Part shown: positions 47,855-58,100 of the stretch, one piece after another
Position numbering within the stretch: position 1 is the stretch's first letter
Layout of the letters: every line of letters starts with the position of its first letter
Source of the DNA: a virus
Reading direction: 5' to 3' (one strand)
Virus genome (UHGV): UHGV-0289908
Length of the DNA: 64,000 nucleotides
Notes under the pieces: model-generated
What the model saw: only the letters and a program-made list of their open reading frames with translations
Told to the model about the DNA's origin: nothing
The model's database searches: none
Position numbers and translations under genes: made by a program

Positions 47855-47932
47855 TTTGCTCCCCTTTCTACAACAAATAGACATAAGGGACAACACAATG
47901 TTTTGTGCTGTCTATATGTCTATTTGCGTTAA

Positions 47933-50900
47933 TTAAAAACTAACAAATCCACTAATGAATAGTGACATGTTTGCTCTCCCCAGTCCTTCTGGGTTAGAAG
48001 TTGTAGACTGACTTCGTACTTCAATAGTATGTGTTCCTCCATAACTTCCATTTGCGTCTTTTTGAATATATTGAGAAATATCCACATCTCTATCTCCTGT
48101 GACATTCTCTAATACTAAAACTCCATCAACGTAAATGTTGCTTCTCGCTAACTTCTCATATTCATAGATTCCGTGGACAATATCATGTTTGTGACTAGGT
48201 ATTGTCACGTCCACTAAATGAGAATGTCCAGATATGTCAATTTTATGAGAATGGGCAGGGATATTGTAGGTTACACTGTGATTGTGGCTAGGTATTGTTA
48301 CGTCTACTCTATGACTGTGACTTGGAATGTTGACCGACACAGAGTGACTGTGACTTGGGATGTTGACAGAAACCGAATGAGAATGGTTAGGAATAAATAC
48401 AGTATGAGTATGTGACCCCATATGTATATTTCCGTCATCTCCGTTTGCCGAACCACGAGGGGGAGAGGTCGGTCTTGTCCCTAATACGATTGTGCTTGAA
48501 GTGGTAGTTGCTTTTCCTCCTCCACCCCATGCAGAAGTTGGAGTTGCAGTAGCTCCCCCACCGCCATGAGAGGTTGCCGATGAAGACACCGATGGAGCTG
48601 TTGTCGATGATACGGTTTTTGATGTTGCTCCACCATCTTTAGTACTATTTGATATAGCTCCGCTTGTTTGAGCTGTTGTTCCTACAACCTCGGTAGACTT
48701 AACCGTTGCTCCCCTACTGTATGCTCGGAACTTCTCATTTTTAAAAATCAGTCGTGCTTCATCAAGACGTTGCAAACTCTTTGGTAAATAAAAACTTATT
48801 TTGAAAGGGTTTTGATAATCAAATGAGTCTCTTGCTTGAATCGGGAACACTTGGTAAATACCGTCTTCTGATAAAACGAGTTTGTTATTCCCATCTTTGG
48901 AATGTAATCGGAACACTGCTTTGCCATCCTCAATACCCAAGAAGATTCTCTCCTCTTGTTTGGCACTTGGGTCATATACAGAGAGACCATGAGGATTAAT
49001 CTCAAATGTGTTATCCTCGTTTCCGATTTGCATTTTTGCTCCCAAAATCATCTTCCCGATGATGGTCTCTGCCATAATTCCCGAAGAGTCGATTGCCAAC
49101 GTAGATGTTTTCCACTTATCCTGTGTAATTGAGATGAGTCCCGAACCGTAATAGATTTGTTTATTCTCATCTTCTGCATCTGATATATAGATACCTGCTT
49201 CTGAAATATCTATTTTATTGCTTGTGCCTTTTCCTCGAACTACTTGAGCAGCGGCGTCAAGACCCTCTGTCAACAACTTCTCTACTGCCACATTGTTAGA
49301 GGCACTATCCGCCCATGTGTCCTTCCAGAAGTTTGTCATTGTTGTCAACTGCGAAGTCTTTTTACTAATATCCCCAATGGTTTTTATGCTTGTTGCCTTT
49401 GGAGTCTTATTGTTTGTAAACTTCAAGTCCGTTACGCTTCCTTTGACTCCTTCGTTTGGTTTGAAGGTGAAGCCATACAACTGTAATTTTCCTTCGTCAT
49501 CTGTTAGGTCATTATGCTCCACATCTAGGGATAGTTTAATACCCAACTTAATGTGATTGTTCCATGCACCAGATGTTTTAATCTTTGATAGGAATTCATA
49601 TGTTGTAATCGAGAAGTCAATATATACTTTGTTCATGTCTGCAATAACTTCGAGAGCGTGTTGATATAATGAATATGCAAGAGTGTAATATTCGTTGGTG
49701 ATAGAGGATTCAATTAGATAGTCCTCAAGCTCCTCTAAGTCTTGGTCAGAGAATAGTTTTTCTCCATTGTATTCAGCATTTTCCTTTTGAATATCAATTC
49801 CAATTTTCGTCATGTCTGCGAACAAAGAGTCGCTTTTGTCTTTCAATTCTTGAACAGTGTTCATCATTGTTGCGATTTCCTGTTCTAATTGTTCTACGAG
49901 CTCACTTTGCTCCTTTTGTTTTTGAGGTTGGTCTCCCGCCTTAATGTAGGCTGTTAGAATAGCATTTTCTGCTTTAAATCTCCCCTGTAAAGAACTTAAT
50001 TCCCCTTGACGTTTTGTAATCATTTGGTCGTTTTTATTCTTTTCCAATTTAAGGGTTAAGAACTCTACGTTTTTAGCTCCCACAAGTTCATTGTATTTTA
50101 CAAGAGCCTGTGTTAAACTTCGAGACATGATATTATTTGTTATGTAATACGAAAAGTCCTCCACATATTCTGTACCAAGTGGGTTTTCTTCCGCAATGGA
50201 CACATTTGGACTCTCCACATATAGTCGAGTCGTAATGTCTGATAACTTATGGGTCTTTGTGATTTCACTAATTGCATTGTCGTATGACAGAGTGATTCCC
50301 GTGTCTTCTCCATAAGTATCCTTGTCATATACATTTAGTACTTGCTCATAACTGTCAAAAACACAGACACAGTTAAATGCTTCCTCGATTTGAGAAATTA
50401 AAGTTAGCCAAGAACAGCTCACAGCTTCAAAGTAGCGATACTTTGTTGTCAAGTGTTCACTCATAACTCCTGTTTCATATGCTAATTCAATTTTAGGGAA
50501 GAAGACCTTCAATTCATTTACATTCGCAAAACCAAACTTGTATTCCTTTGTTGTGTCGTTTACGAATGTTAAGGTGTATGTCATTCCATAGCGATAGTCT
50601 GAATCAGAAGTGTATCTAGCTTGAATATGTTTTACCCCATATGGAAGATTAACAAATGAGTGAGAGATGGTCTCCTTCTTTTGTAGCAGGTCTCCGTTGT
50701 AGCTTTCCATTTCTGGATAGGTGATAGTGAAGTTTAAAATATTATCTCCAACATCAATTACTTGAGCCTTCTCCCACATTGTTTTTTCTTTTTCAACCTT
50801 TTCGATTGTAAAATCCCAATGTAGCTCAAGAGACTCTGTTTCATTGTATAGTCCCAATTCTTTTCGAGCCATCTCATCCACATGTCCTACCGTGAAATTC

Positions 50901-51349
50901 GTTTGTTGCTCAAACCAGTTAAGCACCCCATCGGATATTTCTACTTTTTCATCATGTGGACGATATAGTTGTCGAGTTGCCCCTTCGGGAATAATAAAGT
51001 TCTTTTTCTCTAGTGTCTTCTCAAACGAGAAGGCGGTTAATGTTTTTACATTTTTATTTTTACTATTGACAACTTTAATATTGTCATCAATAATGAAACG
51101 ACTTAGTCCTCCATTCATGTTCATGATAATCTGCATTTTCCCTCGAACAATTTTATAAAGCTCAAAGTCAATTTCCTTATTCATGTACGTGATTTTTGAA
51201 GGAATCTCAATCGTCATTTGGGTAGGTACTCCACTGCTATAAACAACAGACTGTACATATTCATTAGGGATGATTCCCCACTCTTCATGTCTGTTCTTCA
51301 TAAGAGTAAAAGAGTATTCGTTGTCAAATAGACTGACTGGACGATACAT
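47933..51349 (-). CDS. Tail-associated Tal (tail tip) protein, 1138 aa, with a C-terminal Ser/Thr/Gly-rich linker and a His-rich 11-aa tandem repeat
   Basis: Lies immediately after Dit and the tape measure, which is the canonical siphovirus order. Size and beta-rich N-terminal ~400 aa are consistent with Tal. The C-terminus contains ~6.5 copies of IPSHSHSVSVN. Confidence 0.6.
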   Translation of the reverse strand: MYRPVSLFDNEYSFTLMKNRHEEWGIIPNEYVQSVVYSSGVPTQMTIEIPSKITYMNKEIDFELYKIVRGKMQIIMNMNGGLSRFIIDDNIKVVNSKNKNVKTLTAFSFEKTLEKKNFIIPEGATRQLYRPHDEKVEISDGVLNWFEQQTNFTVGHVDEMARKELGLYNETESLELHWDFTIEKVEKEKTMWEKAQVIDVGDNILNFTITYPEMESYNGDLLQKKETISHSFVNLPYGVKHIQARYTSDSDYRYGMTYTLTFVNDTTKEYKFGFANVNELKVFFPKIELAYETGVMSEHLTTKYRYFEAVSCSWLTLISQIEEAFNCVCVFDSYEQVLNVYDKDTYGEDTGITLSYDNAISEITKTHKLSDITTRLYVESPNVSIAEENPLGTEYVEDFSYYITNNIMSRSLTQALVKYNELVGAKNVEFLTLKLEKNKNDQMITKRQGELSSLQGRFKAENAILTAYIKAGDQPQKQKEQSELVEQLEQEIATMMNTVQELKDKSDSLFADMTKIGIDIQKENAEYNGEKLFSDQDLEELEDYLIESSITNEYYTLAYSLYQHALEVIADMNKVYIDFSITTYEFLSKIKTSGAWNNHIKLGIKLSLDVEHNDLTDDEGKLQLYGFTFKPNEGVKGSVTDLKFTNNKTPKATSIKTIGDISKKTSQLTTMTNFWKDTWADSASNNVAVEKLLTEGLDAAAQVVRGKGTSNKIDISEAGIYISDAEDENKQIYYGSGLISITQDKWKTSTLAIDSSGIMAETIIGKMILGAKMQIGNEDNTFEINPHGLSVYDPSAKQEERIFLGIEDGKAVFRLHSKDGNNKLVLSEDGIYQVFPIQARDSFDYQNPFKISFYLPKSLQRLDEARLIFKNEKFRAYSRGATVKSTEVVGTTAQTSGAISNSTKDGGATSKTVSSTTAPSVSSSATSHGGGGATATPTSAWGGGGKATTTSSTIVLGTRPTSPPRGSANGDDGNIHMGSHTHTVFIPNHSHSVSVNIPSHSHSVSVNIPSHSHRVDVTIPSHNHSVTYNIPAHSHKIDISGHSHLVDVTIPSHKHDIVHGIYEYEKLARSNIYVDGVLVLENVTGDRDVDISQYIQKDANGSYGGTHTIEVRSQSTTSNPEGLGRANMSLFISGFVSF
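48150..48430 (-). repeat. Imperfect 33-nt coding tandem repeat (~6.5 copies) encoding IP(S/N/A)H(S/N/K)H(S/R/K)V(S/D/T)V(N/T)
   Basis: On the + strand the repeat is visible as recurring GTGACTGTGACTTGG(A/G)ATGTTGAC-like units between ~48190 and 48420. It translates in Tal to HTHTVFIPNHSHSVSVNIPSHSHSVSVNIPSHSHRVDVTIPSHNHSVTYNIPAHSHKIDISGHSHLVDVTIPSHKHDIVHG. Confidence 0.8.
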
Positions 51350-51361
51350 CTAATTCCCCCT

Positions 51362-52147
51362 TTAGTTTTGAATTGCTATTTTGTTTTGGAAGTATATGTC
51401 GATTTCACATTCTCCAGTAACCTTAATGACATTTCGACCATAGCCTAGTCGCAGCCACTTTTTATTGAAATGAGGCTGTAGATTTAAGTTTGGATTATTG
51501 TCGCAAACTATCTGTTTCATTCCTTCGTTGTAGCATGAAACAGTTGTGCCACGTGGTATATTGGTAAAGCTCATTGTCTCTCCCAAAGTCTCATTTCGAA
51601 TAGTAATATCTCCCGTTGTATCTTTATAGAACCATACATCTGGATACACATAATGTTCAACATTGGATTTATTGTAAATTTCAAACTCCCATGATTCTTT
51701 TATCATGGCTCTGTGATGAGCAACAGTTGAATAACTGCACCCACTAGATAATCTCATCTTTAAGGTGATATATCCTGTTCGCTGTGCGAAACGAACGTCT
51801 GACATTTCTGTAAAAAGAGCATAATATAACACGTCTCGATTTTGGTGAGATATAAAAATCTTGTATTCTTCTGGTTTCATCAACCAGTTATTTAAGAAGA
51901 AGATGTCCTCTTCTGTAATTGGTAAAGCCTTATGCTTTGTAGCTTTTATGATATTGATTTCAAAAGTCAATTCATTATATTTAACACCTTGAAAACTCTT
52001 TGCGAAGTTGTTACTATCCTCTTCCTTGATTGTTCGGTTAGTCCCCAACATGGAAGTGTCTTTACTATCTAGCGATACAATGTAGTACCCTAGGTCTTCT
52101 GCATTGATACCATCAAAGGTGAAACCAATATTTCTAAATTGAGCCAT
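51362..52147 (-). CDS. Distal tail protein Dit
   Basis: 261 aa, immediately downstream of the tape measure. N-terminal IGFTFDGINAEDLGYYIV fits the Dit N-terminal pattern (I-x-F-x-G-x3-S/E-x3-G). Confidence 0.6.
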   Translation of the reverse strand: MAQFRNIGFTFDGINAEDLGYYIVSLDSKDTSMLGTNRTIKEEDSNNFAKSFQGVKYNELTFEINIIKATKHKALPITEEDIFFLNNWLMKPEEYKIFISHQNRDVLYYALFTEMSDVRFAQRTGYITLKMRLSSGCSYSTVAHHRAMIKESWEFEIYNKSNVEHYVYPDVWFYKDTTGDITIRNETLGETMSFTNIPRGTTVSCYNEGMKQIVCDNNPNLNLQPHFNKKWLRLGYGRNVIKVTGECEIDIYFQNKIAIQN

Positions 52148-52188
52148 ATACCCACCTCCTTATAAAATAAAAGAGGGGATGACCCCCT

Positions 52189-55100
52189 CTAACGTTTCAT
52201 TAATTCGCTTGCAATTTCTTCGATAAGTTCTTCCTTGGCAGTGCTAATCATTGACTCAAGTTTCGGTAAAACATCCTCTGTAACATTTCCTTGAACCTCT
52301 ACCAGTGACCCAATAGAAATGTCAAGTTTTTGTCCAGTGTTTCCTCCACTGGTTGTCGTTAATGTTGCATTTAAAGTTTCCTCTAGGTTTTTCAATAGTG
52401 TGTTTTGGTCAACTGTAGAAACCCCAACACTTGTGATTCCCATTCCTGCCATTAGCTCTTGAGCAACACGTAGATTCTCAATTAACTCTTCACGCAGTGT
52501 ATTTCCGATTGCGTATAACCCATCTCCCGTTTCATTTAACCAGTCAGTCATAAGAGTATCTAACTGAATAATTTCGTCTCCAATGGTTACGAATCCGTCC
52601 ACTAAAGCCTTGTTCACCAAGTCTGCGATATTCTGAGCGTCTAATGCTTCCTCTAATTCTTGCTCTGCCTTCTCCATCTCTTCGTCAAAACGATTATTAC
52701 CGTTTTCTTTTTCCTTGTCCCTAATCATGTCGTCGATGACTTTTTGTTGGGCTTCGTACTCTTCACGAAGTTGTTGAAGTTTCAACTTCCCTGCCAAGCT
52801 AGTGTCTCGGCTCATGCTGTTGATAGCCTGTTGGATTTCATCGAGCTTTCTTTGCTGTTCTGTTAGCGAGTCTTCCCAGTCTTCTTCATCAAACTGCTTA
52901 TTGTAAGCGTCCTTCTGTTTTTGTAATTCTGTCTTAACAGCTTCTGTACGCTTCTGTAGTTCGTTTTGAATTGCCGAGGTAATATCCTTTTGAATATCTG
53001 TCACCTGTTGTGCCATAGCTTTTTCGGCTTCACGAATTGCAGTTGTATATTCTTCCCACTCTACCTCTAAATCTGGCAATGTGTTTCGAATGATATCGTC
53101 GTACTGCTTGATTAAATCAATCAGTTCCTCTGCTTCGTCAAGGACTTCGTCACGATACTCTCCGACGTAATCGTTGGCAACAACTTTGAATTTATCCATA
53201 AGCTCTTTGTAGTTTGCAACAGTTCCATCGGCATTGAATTCCACACCTTTTTCAGATAGTTTCTTTGCCAATTCTTCTGCTTCCTCTTGAAGCTCTGAGC
53301 TCTGTTGACGTAAAAGGTCTTGCTTCTCTTTCATGAGAGCAATCTCTTCTTCCATCAATCTCACTCGTTCAGAAGCATTTGCATTCTCTTGTTTAGCTTG
53401 ATTTAGGGCTAACTTTTTGTCCACGTCATTAATTAATCCATTGATTTCATAGTATCGGTCTCCAAGTGCTTCGACAAGTTTTAAAGTCTTCTCGTGCTCC
53501 TTGTTGACATCTTCGATTTCTTTGATTAATTGTTCAATGGCGAGTTCAGTTGACGGCAATGAATCATTAGTAAGAGTGGTGTATGCGTCAATGATGTCCA
53601 CAATAGAATTTACGTATGCGATTTGAGCTTCTTTTGCGTCTCCAGACAAACTATTGGCATAGTTTTGCAATTCTTTTAGACGAGAAGAGTAGTTTGTTAA
53701 ATTTCCATCTCCGTCGAAGCTGAATCCTGCTGTGCTAAGAAGGTTCTTGTGGTCTAACATATCATTGCGTTGCTCTAATTGTAGCTTTTTCGTAGCTTCC
53801 AGTTTTTCGTTCAACAGCTTGATTTCTTCCTCATGTAGCTTCTTAGTGGTTGCTACATTGGTTGCCATCTTTTGTAATTGTCGATTCATTTCAAGAGCAT
53901 TATTCACGTCGTCGATAGCGTCGTTTAGCTCATAATATCGGTCAATCACAAGGTCTAAGTCTTCAACGATTTTCTCAGTACTACTACTGCTTGAACTTCC
54001 ACTGCTAGGCTTTGTATTAAGTCCACTAGAACCCAATGAACCACCTTTGTATGTACCTGCACCAGTTCCCTTGAAGGTTGTTTTAATATCAGAGAATAAA
54101 TTGCCCGAATTTAGACTATTGGTTATTCTGTCTAGTTCTCTTAACTGGGCATTTAACTTATTCCATTCTGCCATATCTTTTGCACTAACATTCCCTAAGT
54201 CTTGATACATACCAGCAGACTTATCTATTGCAGTGCTTAATTGTTTTAGGTTGTTTTGGATTTCTTTCTTCTTTGCATTATAGAAACTTGCCCACATTTT
54301 GGCTAATTCCTCTATTGTTCCTGCTTCTGCACCACCTTGCCAATTTAAGAACTCGTTAATAAGTTCACTATCTGCACTTCTGTATCCGTCTTTTTCATTG
54401 ACGTATTGACTGTACATTTTTAACATACTTTGAAGTTTTTGGGCTTCTGTCATATTCTCTGCTTCTGCTAATGAAGTGGCACTACTGTAATCAACGTCTC
54501 GAAGACCACCCTTAGATTCAACATATTGAGCAAAGTCATCGTATTGAATTCCTAGACTTTCTGCTCCTAATGAGATTAACTTGTTCTCAATTGCACGTTG
54601 ATATTGTAGGAAGTTTTCCGAGTTTTTCATTTTCTCATTCCAGAACTCTGCGTCATTTGCAAGAATTTCTTCTTGAGCAGTGCGGTGTACATCCACTTGA
54701 TTCATGACCATTCCATATAAATTATCCATTTCAGAAATCTTGTCATTTAAGAATTCTTGTACGTATGCGGTGTCTTGAATGTGACCTGCCAACTCTGGGT
54801 ATGCTTCAATTAACTGCTCCGCAACGTCTGGAGTATAGTTTTCCATGTCTTTCATTGTTTCTAAGAAGTTCTTTGCTTGTGCTTGTGCCTTCCCCAATTC
54901 AATAGTGGCTTTATCTCCTAACACCCCTAACAGGTCTGATACATTCTCAACTACTCCCTCGTATTGTGGGAATGCTCCTAAGAAACGTTGAACCACTGTT
55001 GCTTGAGCTTCTGCATCTCCTCCGAGCTCTTGAATAGTTCCTCGAATGTCTGAAATAGTGTCAGCATATTTTAATTGTTCATTGCTTAAGTTGCTGAAAG

Positions 55101-58100
55101 TGTTTGTTAAAGCACTGATTTTGTCATCAACTGTCTGTACCGCCTTTGCAGCTTCGGTCTCTCCGCTGACCACTTTATCAACTTCTGTAGCGAACTTTTC
55201 GAAATTTTTAGCATATTCTTCTAGTGAAACCATCTGCTTGTCTGTTTCCCAACCTGCGTCTAACATTGTCTGGACATTTCCATTCCAATCCAACAGGAAT
55301 AGATAGTGTTCTTGGAACGCTTCCTTTTGAGCGGAAAGGATTTCTTTTAATTTGTCAACCGACAGGTTTTGCCCATTGAACACTCCCATGCCATCTACAG
55401 CATTTGCAATAGCCTTCTCCAATTCTTTGATGTTGCTATCGTTGAGATTTAATTGGTTCAAATACCACTCGTTTGTTCCTTTTAAATCTGATTGTTTATC
55501 TAATTCCTTGTCTAATGCTTTTGCATTTTCAAGAGCCTTTTCTTTATTAATTTGTTTAATTAATCCAAGTTGCTCTTGATAGCTTAGATTTTCATTTTCT
55601 AAAATACTTGCGTACTCATTGTCATATCCAATAAGCTCTTGTTTCAAAGTATTGATTTGACTAGATAATTCAGCTTTTTCCTCTTGTGAAGTATTAATAT
55701 CATTATACTTCTTAATCATTTCATCTAACTTGCTAATTGTCTCTTTAATGTTCCCATTTAATCGACTTTGAATATCAGAAGATAGATTTGAAATGTTTTC
55801 CGTTGCTTCTTTTGCACGACCCGCATAGTCGGTGTAATTTTTAAACCCCTCAATTAATTTCCCTATAACAGTCACCACTGCACTGATTGCAATGGACAAT
55901 CCCATAGACATTGCAGCCTGCAAGGCTACAGTCTTCACTGTGGTTGCAACTAATTGAATTTGACTTGCTTTTAATGTAGTATTAAATCCTTGCAATTTAG
56001 CAGTAAGGTAAGATGTGTCTTTCCCCATTGCCTGCAATTTTTGTATCTTTGTAGTAGTGAGGTCAATGTATGTTTTTTGAGTGTCAATAACTTTCTGATA
56101 TTTGGCAGACTGCAACTGTAGCTCAGTAGTCATACTCTTCATTTGAGGTATCATGCCCATGATATTGTCACGTACAAGTTTTCCTGCGTTATTGAAAGAC
56201 AAGAATCCCATAGTTGATGTTGCTATAACGGTTGGTAGTGCCCCAAACTTATCAATCACTGTTGTTACTCCATTGATGGTTCCAGTGAATCCATCAATCA
56301 TAGACTTGAATCCGTCTGTATTGATAAAAGTTTGAAACAGCTCTTGTTGTGCAGACTTTAAGGTGTTTAATTTCCCTTGTAGGCTATCTGCATAGATACC
56401 ATTCATCTCCATTAATGTTCCTTGAGCGTCATAGGCATTGTTAACGAGCCCTAATGCAGTATCATAACTGTCCATCATACCAATGAAGATATCCATTTGG
56501 TTTTTACCTGCTAATTGCTCTGCCATGTAATATTTGGTACTGTCTGATAGGTTTTTCCACTTTCCTCCAAGTTCGTCCATGATGCTACTAAAACTTTTTA
56601 ATTCTCCAGAGTTGGTGTCACGAATCGTGATACCTAACTGTTTTAAGGCTTTTTCACCCTTTGCAAACTCTAATTCAATGCCCTCTGTAGACTCTCCAAG
56701 CTCTTCTAATGCTTGTTTCTGTTGCATTACACGAGCAGTGATAGTACGCATACCACGACCTAGTTTATCGGCAGACTGTCCAGTTGCAACCATGGCATTA
56801 CCCAACTGTCCAACGAACCATTCCATGTCTACTCCTGCGGCTTTCATAGTAGAACCTGCTACCCCGATACCGTTAACTAAACCTTGTAGACCTTCTTGGA
56901 AGTCCATGTCCATATTGGCAGACACTTTAGAAAGAACGTCTCCAAGGTACTCTGTTACCTCTGCTGCGTTTCTTCCCTCTGCGTCTAACATCTGATATGA
57001 GTTGGCAATAGACATGATAGACTTAGTTACGTCTGTCGCCTGCATACCAGAGATGTTCATTAATGCAGTTGATGGAGCTAACTTAGCCATTACTGCTTCG
57101 ATAGTGGTACTGTCGTTGGCGAATGTTTGAGCAATCTTTAATACATCACTAGATACCGCTCCCATTTCTTTTGACATGGTATTCACTTTGTCTAGCATTG
57201 TATTAAACTGGTTCTTCGTTAATGACTCCATGGTCATGCTCATATTGGTAAATGCTTGGTCTACCTCTTTGATATGAGTAATACCTTTTTTTAACTCATT
57301 CCATAGTCGGCGAATAATCATAGCTCCAGAGACATACGTTGCTAAGTATTTAAAACTTTGACCCAATTCTCCAACTGCCGTGCTCGTTTGTTTTAACTTG
57401 TTGGCTTGAATGTTAGAGTTGATTTCTTTCCACTGTAGCTTTAAATCAGAGATTTGACTTCTCACATCTTTCAATGAAGTCCCATTTAATTGTTTTAACT
57501 TCTGTTGGAATTTCTCAACGGCAACTAAATCTTGAGATGTGATGTATTTGCTATTCTTGTTTAAAGAGTTCTTAACGTCAACCCCCATACTCTTCTGAGT
57601 TCTAGCAATTAATTTTTCAACCTCCGCTTGTTCTTTTTGTGAAGCTGTTAATTGTTTTGCTTTAGAAACCTCAATCTGATTTTCTAAGTCTAATTGTTTT
57701 TGTAGTAGAGTGTTTTCGGTTTGTTGAGTCATTAGACCTTTTTGTTCAATTTCAGCCCTCTTCTGAAATACCGCCAAAGACTGTTCTTCCAGTTGCTTTT
57801 CTAAAACAGCTCTTGCATTGTCGTCGTCCCCGATTTGTTCAAGCTGTTTCTTTGTGGCAAGTCTTCGACTATCTAAGGCAATAAGTTCGTCATTTAGAGT
57901 TTTTTGCTCCGCCTTTTGTTGTGCCGCTCTTAACTCTAAGGCTTGAATTTCTTTAAGTTGAGTTATTTGCTCATTTAACTTGTTGTCACTCAGTCCTCCT
58001 CGGTTAATCGCACCTTGAGCACTATTTCGCAATGATGTTGCAACCGCTTTCTTTTTCTCAAGTACCACTAGGTCTTGCTCGTTTGCATTGACCGATTGCA

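Noticed and set aside
48150-48430. The 33-nt tandem repeat as a CRISPR array or a non-coding satellite
   Set aside because: The repeats are imperfect and directly contiguous with no spacers. They are in frame within the Tal ORF, where they encode the His-rich peptide repeat.
35869-56995. Numerous 60-150 aa + strand ORFs inside the giant - strand tail genes (for example 35869..36186, 39151..39534, 55046..55306 and 56534..56995)
   Set aside because: They sit antisense to long, well-supported coding regions. They lack RBSs. Their composition mirrors the sense strand, for example the Pro/Ser runs opposite collagen-like Gly codons.
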